A stretch of 61,438 nucleotides of DNA, the filler included, from Choristocarpus tenellus KU-1152 (Eukaryota; Protista; Phaeophyceae): assembly GCA_964200185.2 (NCBI GenBank). It is 10 parts of 10 records of this genome, joined end to end, with 100 filler letters (N's around TTAATTAATTAA, not from the genome) between each part and the next. Parts side by side here need not be neighbours in the genome. Positions count along the whole stretch, not along the records: positions 48,423 to 54,725 come from CAXNAD020008433.1; positions 54,826 to 57,545 come from CAXNAD020025326.1; positions 57,646 to 61,438 come from CAXNAD020017887.1; 7 more parts are not named here. One strand, given 5' to 3'. The notes beneath the pieces are model-generated. The model did not search any database, was not told where the DNA came from, and was given only the letters and a program-made list of their open reading frames with translations. The translations under genes and the position numbers were made by a program. Below, in pieces: positions 51,091 to 61,438 of the stretch (within the stretch, counting starts at the first letter, position 1; the number at the start of each line of letters is the position of its first letter).

Positions 51091-52970
51091 GTGAAGTGCA
51101 CAGAAGGAGGGTACAGCTGCCGGGGCAGGGGAGGGGAGAGGAGGGGTTCTCATTTGTATCCTATTTTTTTTGTGGGAATATTCTAAGTACATGTACATGG
51201 GTATGGAAGTGTATGGAGGTGTATGGATTGGGGTTATGGTTGTTGACAGAAATCACTTTGGGATTGGGGGGCGCACAGGTTGTTATCATGTCTCTGGTTG
51301 GTCGTTAGGTGGTTCGGTCGGGGGAGGGGGGATGGGTAAGAAACTAGGTAAATATTGTTTATAACCTGGAAGGCGTATGTTTTTGGTCTACCTCGTTTTC
51401 AGTCCTAGGTACAAGTGGAGTATGTTGTAAGTCTAAGGTACTGATATAGTAAGAGAGTACATACTAAGGAAGAAAGACTTAAGAAAATATGAATATATAT
51501 ATATATATATTTGTCCATACTCTGGAGGCTTGAGACTTGACTGCTCATGCTCAGTGGTGTAAACTACCCGTATAACCCTCAATGAATGCAGTACCTTTGG
51601 CTTCACCACCAAGGGAGTTTGATGGTTATATATGGCAATAATAATTATAATAATAATAGTAACAATAGTAATAGTAAATACAGTTTGAAGTGGTTGTAGT
51701 AGTAGTGTAGTCATAAGATGAGTATTAGTGTAGCAATCGCAGAACTCAGACCCTGAAAAAAGAAAAATCTGATGTTTTTTGTTAGAAACTTCCCTAGGGT
51801 GAGAACAGCATGCTCTGGGGTGAACATCGGAAGTCTGGTGTGTTTGATGTTACTTGACACTTCATATCGGTGTCATTTAAAATTTCCAAAGGACTCCTCC
51901 TCAATCTCCAACCCGAATGCACTCTCACTTGAGATCCTGGACAGATTGACACCAACAAGCAATGATATTGATAGTATTTACACTTCAGTACTTAATAGTA
52001 CAACCATAGGGCTGGTGCTCTCACCTAGAGGCGTACGTGCTCCTGCACGCCGGGGGGGAATGAAATCGAAACAATATTTTCTACACCTTGGTAGGCACCT
52101 TCGTGTATTCAAATGACCCCGAACCCAATTTGGAGTGGAAGTGATTGTGTTGTAAATGTCGAGGTTCCTCTCCAAGGCTGCCGAAGAAGACAGTCTGGAC
52201 AAAGTACCCTCCCCCCCTCTTGGAAGATGGCATCGTGGATCTTTTTTGGTTACAGTGGCAAGGGGTGCGTTTTATGTCTAAGTATAAAAAAGGCCCCTCT
52301 GTTAGGATAGCATCGTCAGGGTCTCTACTTGAGGAGCCTTGCTATGAACTGGAGACTCGAAGACTGGAAGGAGGCAGAGACTGATAAACTATTCAAGAAG
52401 TTGAGACTTTGGTGGTACAACACAAACTTGTGTGTGACTGAAGTGAAGTAAGAGGGGTAAAGAAAGGGGGGACTTGGATTCCCAAACCACTTCACGAAGC
52501 ACCTTCAATGGACCCCACCCCCCTCCCCACATAGTCTGAGGGAGGTGCATGCGAGGTAGTTGATTGTGTGGGTGAAGAGTTCACCTCTTGACCCTGTTGA
52601 GAACACTATTGACAAAGTGGTATCACAAGAAGATGGCTGACACCATTCCGTGAGCACGATGTCAATAGTGTCCTTGTCCTTTGGTGTGATTTCAGTACGT
52701 GATCCTACAGTCCTCAAAACACTTGAGACTTTTTAGCATCACTAGCATTGTCTGTAACTCTGTATCCCCTAGGGTGATTGGTGTCCATTCTCCCCTTTAC
52801 CACTGTTACAACCAGACTTCTTTTGTTGGATTGTCTGTACCAATATAGTGAAGCGTGCCTGCCCCTCCCGATTCATGTCTGTCTGTCTGTCTGTCTGTCT
52901 GTCTTGCGCATTCCCTCTAACGATATTTTTTATTTCTTGAACTCTTTTTTTATTCTTTGTGATGTGGCAG

Positions 52971-53057
52971 ATCAATGTGACGCTGAGGGAGGAGTACTGC
53001 TTGTCCAGAGATGTTGCGGATCACTTGGTTAGCAACTACGGGACACGGGCATTGCAA
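52971..53057 (+). CDS. GPD2: GPD2 exon D (probable GC donor)
   Basis: INVTLREEYCLSRDVADHLVSNYGTRALQ (HL..NYG motif). cag| acceptor; donor |GCAAGT, with an alternative GT at 53067. Confidence 0.88.
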
Positions 53058-53184
53058 GCAAGTAGCGTACATTTGTAGGATGGGAGGGATCTGTTTTTCA
53101 TTGTGTTTTTTGGTTGTTTATGCCTTGTGTGTGTTGGTTTCTGGCAGGCTTCTTATGCTTGACTAATTGGATGGTCACTGTGCT

Positions 53185-53220
<36 letters not shown>

Positions 53221-53781
53221 GGAGGGAGAGGTAGTTGATTGTGGAACGTTTTATTTGGTGAGAACGATTTGTGTCTGGAGTGTCTGAACTTCTCCTTACC
53301 CAGTGCATTTACCTTGCGCCACAACTCAATCCTCATAGACGTATCAGGACAGCGCCTGTCCACTGCCTTCACCTCCTCAAATGCGCACTCACTTACACCA
53401 GCCACTGTTGTACTTTTTGCTCTTCCCCCCCCTCCCCCAAAGTCAACACCAGGACTAGACCACGAACTGTTTTTCTATCTGATCGTTCTTTCTACACCTC
53501 CCTTTCCCTGTGCTCTCACACCTGTCCCTCTCTTGACCTATTCTTGATGCGATTTTTTTTTTTTTTTTTTTTTTTTTTGGGGGGGCTTCCTGGAGATAGG
53601 GGTGATTTGTCGTCGTGATAAGTCTTATTCACATTCAACATAAGATNNNNNNNNNNTTTCTTTTTTCTTGTTCCCTCCCCCCCCCCCCCCCCCTGCGCCC
53701 CCCCCCCTTCCCCCCTCTTGTCTTTTTTTTTTTGCGTTTTTTTTTTTTTTTTTTTTTTTTTTGGGGGGGGGCTCGATGCAG

Positions 53782-53895
53782 ATAGCGGAGATAGTGCGAC
53801 GTGATAAGCATTATGCACATTCAACATCAGATGCACGACGCTTGTCAAGGAAGTACCCTTTCCTGGATGCTGAGGTGGTATTTGCTGTGGAACAG
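53782..53895 (+). CDS. GPD2: GPD2 exon E
   Basis: IAEIVRRDKHY...RRLSRKYPFLDAEVVFAVEQ (YPF..AEV motif). Boundaries cag|...|gtgcaa; 114 nt. Confidence 0.9.
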
Positions 53896-56676
53896 GTGCA
53901 AATGAATTGAATCAGACTTTGAAGGGTGGAGAGGGTGTGGGTGGTGGACCCATGCATTGTCTGATACAACTTATTTCTGTATGTCTACTTGGTGTTAATT
54001 GAAACGACATAGTAGACAGTTGCAGTGAGGGAGGGTCTGGTGCATGTCGTTAGCACTGTGAAAGCATGCTAAGGCTTTCTGCTGTGATGCGCAGATCAAT
54101 TACAGGTAGGGTGTAGAGAGGGCTTGTCTGTGCAATGGGAGGCTGGGTTTTGTTTGGAATGGTGTTTAGTGTTTAACATGGCCCTCTCCTTGGAAGGCTT
54201 TTTGTACGCTGTAGTGTATGACCATCTCTGTGTGAGGTTTGTTATTGCTTCCTAGCATCCCATTGCAATTGCTGAGAAGTAATAGTATCAACATTCATGG
54301 GAACTAACATAACAGTAACAGTGATTGACTTATTGGAGAACAAGAGCATGCTACTGACTCAATGCGAAGTCAAGGCTATCCCACTGGTGCAATCACTTCT
54401 CCTCGCATATGTCCACTACCCCTCAATCTTTAGGGTGAGCAGTGGCAATGGTATCAATATTCTAGTCAACACTATTGGACTGACTGTACGTACACTAGAT
54501 ACATACAGCCCTGTGGATGTAGCCCAACTTTCCTTGTACCCATCCTCAACCCTCCTGTTTCATGATATACCAACTTCACTCATCATCCACCTCTTTTGTG
54601 CTCTACTCTATTTCTTTGTTCTTCCCTATATCCTTCCCAGCAATCCTTGCCTGCTGTTGCACCTGCCCCCCTTGCCCCATGTACCAAATTCCTCATCCCA
54701 TCCCCCTCTAATCTCCTCCCCCCCCNNNNNNNNNNNNNNNNNNNNNNNNNNNNNNNNNNNNNNNNNNNNTTAATTAATTAANNNNNNNNNNNNNNNNNNN
54801 NNNNNNNNNNNNNNNNNNNNNNNNNTGTATACTCTGGACCAATAGCAGTGGTCCCTGCATTACATGCAAGAGGCCAAATTGATAAAAATGGATACATACC
54901 TGTAGAACTTGACCAAATACTGTTGAAATACTGTATTGGAGCAAAGCTCATGTTTCTGACAGACTTTCTAGATGGGTTACTCTGGTGCAACCCAAACAAA
55001 AATTGATATACCTCCCTGCCTCCTGGGGTATGTTACTTAGGTGCAAGCACCAACACAGCTGTGGAGGAGACACACCACAAGAATTTGACTGAGGAAAAAA
55101 ATAACAGCTTCATCTCACATATCTCCACACATGGCCTTCTAGTTCATGCTTTGTTCTCATAACACCTACAACTATCAAAAACTTTTACTACACCCATCCG
55201 GTTTGCACACACACACACACACAAGTATGACTGCATGGGAGGAGGAAGGATTAGTTGTGATGTACAGGAGATGCTATTATGGCGTAAGACATGGAGAAGA
55301 GAAAATATGTGTGCACACACTACAACTGAACCTATCACAGTTTTGGAAAGGTTAACAAACACCTGATCCAAACTACCTCACAAAGATGAACCAGTGACTC
55401 CAAATACTCCCTTGACAAACATGAAGGACAACATCTTGGTCTAAAATAGTTCATGATCTTTGACCATGTCTCACTCTGTATCACAGCATCTATTTTATAT
55501 ATCGTGTACCCTCCACAAGGCATAAAAACACACACTACAGAGCTTCAAATGGCACAATATTACATCTTAAATTAACACTACAAAAAAAACATGAATGCAG
55601 CACAAAAACCCATCAAGTCCTCACCTTGAATGTCCCACTGCCATCCCCTCTCCCCCCATTATCCACAAATCCCTTGCTATCTCGCCCATTTCCCTGGTCC
55701 AAACTAGCCTTCCTCCCATCTAGGCTCTGCGGCATGGCAAGGAAATCTTTGTCTACAAAGTTAATACCATCTCTGTGAAAGGAATTTAACAGAGCAAAAA
55801 TTAAGAAAAGGTATGAAGGGGGTTGGAACTGAGGTAGGATGGGTATGTGTCAGTCAGGATGGGAAGGGGTCTACCTGGGCACTCTGGTGAAAACATGAAC
55901 CAGACCGATCAATACAAATGTGGAAGTCTGTCAACAAAGCTACCAAAAACTCTAGATACTCGGTGGAAATACACAACCCCTGTACACCAAGGAGGTGAGT
56001 CACAGTCACAACAGTCGCAAGTCACAAGAGTACAAATATGTATTATCTATTTCTGGACCGGTTGGTTTCTACATTTCAGTGTACAGCATTGCGATTAGCT
56101 GGGACTCTGGATGCCGAGGGGAAGTTGTTTGAAACCTGCTCAGGTTTCCTACTTCGACAGTATAGGGCCGATACATTGAAAGTAACCACTCTGTTACTCC
56201 TGGAAATGGATTTTCATTTCCAGAGACTGCACACATTTGTCAATTGCCTTAATCTCTTCCCATATCAACTAAGCATCCATTGAAGAAGGCACTATTTCTC
56301 ATTCCTCAAGTCGCAAAATCTCTTCCTGGCACCAGAGAAATGAATGGTCCCTTTTTCTCTAGTCATGAAATGAGGATTTCATCATTTAGAAATGTTATCC
56401 GAGCCGTCCCCGATCAACTCTCTTAGCCTCGTCCCAATCACGTGGGACAATACTGAGTCCCCATTCAACACAGAGCATTCGTGATTCCCCATCGAAATAA
56501 TATCCAAGTTCAACACCTCCTCATGGAACAACAAGATAAGGTTGAACGAACTCGTGAGAGGATGGGATTATTTCGGTTCTTCTTGTTTATCCACAAAGTT
56601 GTCTTTGAAAAGGGAATTGGCCCCGAGGATTGAGGGTGGTGGTAGAAGTTATACAGGTATGGGGTGACATGCTCAC

Positions 56677-57188
56677 CTTTGGCATTGCATAGATGTCTCC
56701 ACCCACATCTGAGAAGGGTCCCACACGGGAACGAGTGATTTTTCCTCTCGGTCGGGGCAGGGATGCTTCATTTTCTCTTCAAAGTGGAAAGAATTCGAAG
56801 AGCTCTTTCCTTCTGTCAATTTAGCCCGCTTCCTTAATCTGTCCTTTGGGGAGGTGCCATCTTTATCAACACAGTCCCACACAACCACTTCACCAGCATC
56901 TTGATGCACTCTCTTCACGCCTGAATCCATTACGCCGAGCGAAAAAAATCTCTCTCGCTCTTGATCAGGATGAAGCACGGATCTCCCCACATGTGTTTTT
57001 GGGGTGCGGGTTGAGAGCATGGACGGTGCTGCCTTTGCCACAGATGCTGGATCTTGCGTGCAGCTGCTAGCGTCTAGTGCATTGAAGTAGTGGTTGACTG
57101 CTCGATTTACATCCTGACCCGCACCATCAAGGAAGAATCGACCTATTTCAGGGTCCTGGCAGGACGTAGCCACCAAGAACAGGTCCAT
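56677..57188 (-). CDS. Exon encoding an N-terminal UBA-like domain (UBA_4/TAP-C type) of an unidentified protein
   Basis: MDLFLVATSCQDPEIGRFFLDGAGQDVNRAVNHYFN fits F..vT...A..fL....D...Av..YF. Donor AG|GTGAGC at 56677/56676; downstream exon not resolved. Confidence 0.65.
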
Positions 57189-57645
57189 GCTGGTGGAGTA
57201 TGTGTAGTCTTTACTAGCATACTTTACAGCAATATAGCCAGTGTCAGGTCAGCCCGTAAATTTAATGCGATTGACGTGTGTGTTGTGAATTTTAAACTAT
57301 ATAAATTTTCGTTTTGATTACTGGTTGACTTGGGATAGGGACCTACACGAATTTACCACGTTTGATCCTTGTCAACGCCAGACCTGTTTCACCAAAAATA
57401 TCTGGTTTGCTTTGCTCATGAATTATAGATCAAATAGGTTGCCTCGTCGTCCTAGCATTACATCTGGTCTACTGTTATAGGCGAATAGAGCGAGTATTTC
57501 TTCTTATATTTCAACGAAGTGCAAACGTTTGTTACACGCGAATAGNNNNNNNNNNNNNNNNNNNNNNNNNNNNNNNNNNNNNNNNNNNNTTAATTAATTA
57601 ANNNNNNNNNNNNNNNNNNNNNNNNNNNNNNNNNNNNNNNNNNNN

Positions 57646-57671
57646 CCCCCCCCTCTCAGATACTTTGGGTC
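57646..57671. mobile_element. MITE family B terminus at contig start
   Basis: polyC-tctcAGATACTTTgggtc. Confidence 0.55.
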
Positions 57672-58761
57672 GCACTATAAATACCTTATTATCAATAGTG
57701 ACAGCTTTTGGATAAATAGTCAAATATCATAGATATCCACACAAACGAGGAACACTGTACAGAAGTTCAATTTTACACTACTCCCCCAAAAGAGGACAGA
57801 CAAAGGTTACTTGGGCTCTCACATTGATTACAACAGTACAGAATCAATGGAGTCATCTACCTGCCTCTTATGCATCCTCTTGTTCTTGTATATCTGCAAG
57901 TTATAGTCCTGTTAGTACAAATTGAACTTGGAATATATCTTGGCTGACATATTCCCTAGTACGCTTAGGCATCGTGTCTATGTGCCTAGTCCTGCCATTA
58001 TATCCTGATATTGTTCGTCCCTGGATTGGACCACCTTTATCCCTAAACCAAGTGATAGACCTTTTCCGCAGATCTAGCTCCCCCGTTATCCTCTTTATGG
58101 AGATACAACACCCTGTCGCATGTACGATTTGCTGCCCTCTCCCCTCCGTCCTTCACAGTATTGACTGCCCCTGGCAGTTTTTTTCTCCAGATAATGGATG
58201 CTCGGCTGAATAGTAGCAGAGAGTGTCCGGTGACGCTCCATCTAAATACATGGCCATTTGTTTAGTCTGTGGGCATATAGTATCCTAGAAAGGGAGGGAA
58301 GATTAGCTCAGGTGGTCTATTCGGGGCTTGATGGGGTATTGTAAGCACCCCACTTGAAGCCCGCTTTGCGGGTGGGTTTCCTTCGAATTTGATCCAGGCA
58401 GGGGGGTGCATAAGGGCAGTGCATCCAGATTAGGGAAATTGCGCTTACACCTGACACATTAACTCAAGTGACACAAAAATCACCACAGACTCACTAAGGT
58501 CAACTTTGGACGCGTGACCCTCCTCTCTAGGATACTATGGGCCTGAGTCAGCATGCCCAATGAGTCTACTTTTGCCCAAATTCCACTCAGTTGCAAAGTA
58601 TATCCCCACATTGCTATTGGCTGAAACATATCGCAGTAAATGTTTTAACTCTTTCCAGTGTCTGCTGAAGGGAGATGAGTTGTTGCAGCTTAGTTCCATC
58701 GCCTTGTTGGATGGAATCCTGGGCAACCAATCTTGGTTTGTAACCCTCAATGGTCCCTCGG

Positions 58762-59076
58762 TGTTAAATGCTATATGGCTTGATGATTTCATAAGCGCCA
58801 GTATGACCTTGAAGTCCTAGATTTTATGTATTTGTACTTCTTGACAATTTATTTCTTTTTTACTCATTGTGATGGCACGTAGAGGTAGTACATCTTTGTT
58901 TAGTCCTATTTTATACCCCCATGAAAGCAATATAGTGAATAATTGAAGTGAGAGATCCAGCATATTTGATGACATTTCCTTTATATCGCCTAACACAAGC
59001 TTCGTCATCCATATACAGCCTTGTGGATTGGAGCTACACATCCCATCATGGTAAACTTGCGCAGCGTTTTGTAACA
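58762..59076 (+). mobile_element. Diverged LTR of the 12839/23785 family
   Basis: TGTT...gatttcataagcgcc...ctagattt...gtgagagatccagcata.ttga.gac...gattggagctac...TGTAACA; no TSD seen. Confidence 0.75.
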
Positions 59077-59319
59077 TAAGTGTCGCTGCTGACCCCTTTG
59101 TCGCTTGTTTTATCAGTATGACGATAACAGTTTATTGTGGATGGTGTACATCACATATGTGTTCCGCTGGTATGGATGTGGCTGTGGGATGGTTGGGACT
59201 TTTGAGTCCTCCTATTTTTGTCTAAACATGTCATTGGGGGATGCTTGACGTACCTCTGGCAGAGACAAATATCTGGACTGGGCTACCTCCTGGATCACTG
59301 CCTGCTTTTGCTTTCCTTT

Positions 59320-59630
59320 TCCGTGTTGTTTTAGGTAAATACTTCGTGGCTGTATAGTCCCCGTCCAAGCGGTTCAGCACAGCAATTTGTTGTAGTGAGT
59401 CGGACATCTCATGCCCCATCATCGCCAGCTGATCGACCCAGTCCTCCACGGTGGTGAACGTCACATGGGAGTCTGATCCCCTTGGCATTTTGGCAGTCAG
59501 TATCAATTTCTGGAGGTCCCCAATTTCTTCATCATACTGAATTTTTAAAAGTTCCCTCCTTTGCTCCCATGCTTCTGAAGCAAATAGCAGACTCAGTTTG
59601 CGTATCATTGCCATCATGTTCTCACACCCA
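59320..59630 (-). mobile_element. Copia-type gag (UBN2-like) remnant
   Basis: AWEQRRELLKIQY..EIGDLQKLILTAKMPRGSD...VDQLAMMGHEMSDSLQQIAVLNRLDGDY matches the Retrotran_gag_2 pattern (M..G.....L...G..msD....vL..L...Y). Confidence 0.7.
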
Positions 59631-59667
59631 GTTCCCACTTGTTTTCCCCTGTATGATTGGTGTGATC

Positions 59668-59730
59668 CATACATACATACATACATACATACATACATAC
59701 ATACATACATACATACATACATACATACAT
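59668..59730. repeat. (ATAC)n microsatellite
   Basis: About 15 perfect units. Confidence 0.97.
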
Positions 59731-61438
59731 CTCTATAATGCACAGGAACTCGATGCAGCACTGGAGGGTCTTTCCTTGTATATGAAGCTGTGTGCAGTGA
59801 TCTTGCACTAGCTCGAACTAAATCTTAGAATGCTCATTGCCGTAAGTGGCTCTTGTTGGTATCATTCGTCTACTTGCCATCTCAAAACTCATATGTCCAT
59901 AATAGGTATGATTCTCTCTCATTTCTGGAAGTAGTGTACTTGGGCTAACTGCGTTTGCCTCCCATGCGATATGGAGAGTTCTGTCTTTTACGACTCTGCT
60001 CTGCACAACATATTTGTGATATTCTCTATAGCTGATAGCTCCCAAAAATCGGACAGTCAAGGACTAAAGCGACATTGGTGGTATGTATGTATGGTCTTTC
60101 TTGACGTGCAAGGGAGAGCAGAGTCGACAGCAATTGCGTCAGAGTTAGTTCTGGAGTACACCCCCTCTTCTTGTTCTGTTTCAAACACTCCCAAAGTTTA
60201 CCTTCAAGGGATATGCAATTTCAACCCACAATGCTGTGGACTGATAGTAACGACATAACATGTATAGTTTTCATTGGTTCCCCCCTGACACATCTATCTG
60301 CAACATGTCAGAGGGCATGATAATAAAATATAATAATGATGCTCGTAGATGGCGTCGGTGATGTATCGATACCGAGATAACCAATGAAAATCGATTGTTA
60401 TCAGGCTATTGGATAAAATTTATAGTTATTCTCAAGTTATTGTACAACTAAAAATTAGAGACTAATGGCTGTTGAGAAAACCACGATTGGAATATGGAAG
60501 ATCGAGTTTTCAGATGTCGTAATAGAACTGAGAAAATTTGCTTTGTTCTCGAGTTACATCGATTTTATCCAGTAACTATAGCGACCAGAACAATCCCATT
60601 TTTGGGGGCTATCTGTCCATACGCACACTTACTGATCACACTGGTTTGTGTGCAAGAAGCAATTCGCATGCTAATCGCTTGGAACAGTTGCACTAATAAA
60701 AATGTGACATGTGGCACTGAGTATCTCAGAACGACGAGAGTGGAACTGCGCTGCTCTTTCTCCTCTGCTGTCTCCGACTCTCTCCAATATCATGAGACTG
60801 GCTTCAGGTTCTTGGACAACATGCTGGATATACATCTATCTACTGAACATTTGTTCCGCAAAATAGCGTACTGTGGAAAGCATGTTTGTCTGTTGTTATA
60901 CCGTTATTACCGTATGTCATGTACCGTCATGCCGTTGTACCGATTGAGGTTCCTTGTCAAGCATCCATGATTCCACTGGCGGACCTTCCCTTACAATGAA
61001 ACCATGGAATCTCTTCACGAGACCAATCCCACAGACTTGAGACAGCTCATCATTCAGAGTTGTCACACATGTCCACTTTAGTAGTATTCATTATTATTAT
61101 ATTTTACTTGAAAGTATCTTAATTTGGGATATTGTGAGAAGTTACGGGGAAAATATTGATAGAACTTGCAACACAATGAAAAGCAAACGCGCGAGATCGA
61201 AGATCATATACATTTATGCCAAGTACTTTAAACCGTAGACGATATGTAAGATGCCATTTATCTCGTAGTATTAGGTATCTATATCTACATTTATTCGAGC
61301 CGTTCCAAGCCAGTCGATTTGGTATTTTTTGATGGGGTAGGATTTTACAAGAATCAGTTCAAAACAGTGGATTTTAAAAATTGAGGATGGAGCGTACCGT
61401 TGAGGATGGTTTGACCGAAAATGGTGCGGAAAAAGTAC

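Noticed and set aside
51720-52760. Possible LINE endonuclease remnant in a GPD2 intron (minus strand)
   Set aside because: Coding-like composition, but motifs are too degraded to assign without a profile search.
53545-53770. Apparent duplicated GPD2 exon E (possible mutually exclusive exon)
   Set aside because: The copy at ~53590-53646 is an error-rich version of 53780-53835, adjoining a 10-N scaffold gap and homopolymer-degraded sequence; most likely a low-quality read overlap.
58300-58392. tRNA-like A-box (TAGCTCAGGTGG)
   Set aside because: No convincing cloverleaf or correctly spaced B-box.

Overview
This is eukaryotic nuclear DNA, not one locus. It is ten unplaced contigs joined by 100-bp spacers (N44-TTAATTAATTAA-N44) at 14753, 21572, 24959, 32178, 37997, 41971, 48323, 54726 and 57546, so adjacency across spacers means nothing. 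Long introns, interstitial TTAGGG repeats, Ectocarpus-like LINE motifs, FNIP repeats and a cyanobacterial-type PheS suggest a brown alga or related ochrophyte (inference). Host genes are present only as partial exon sets: a K+-dependent Na+/Ca2+ exchanger (NCKX/SLC24), a bacterial-type phenylalanyl-tRNA synthetase alpha subunit, an FAD-dependent glycerol-3-phosphate dehydrogenase (5 exons, one probable GC-AG intron), a UBA-like domain protein and a Pro/Gly-rich exon. Most of the rest is nested, decayed transposable elements: two CRE-like RLE non-LTR retrotransposons, an RTE LINE, LTR elements (a solo LTR with 4-bp TSD, a tRNA-Gln PBS, a Copia gag), a probable KDZ remnant, an IS630-Tc1-mariner transposase pseudogene, a tRNA-derived SINE, and two MITE families sharing AAAGTATCT termini (Sola2-like). 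The best novelty candidate is an intron-containing ParB/Srx-like gene inside an apparent TTAA-bounded element, head-to-head with the Tc1-like transposase. No intact new system can be proven from the sequence alone.
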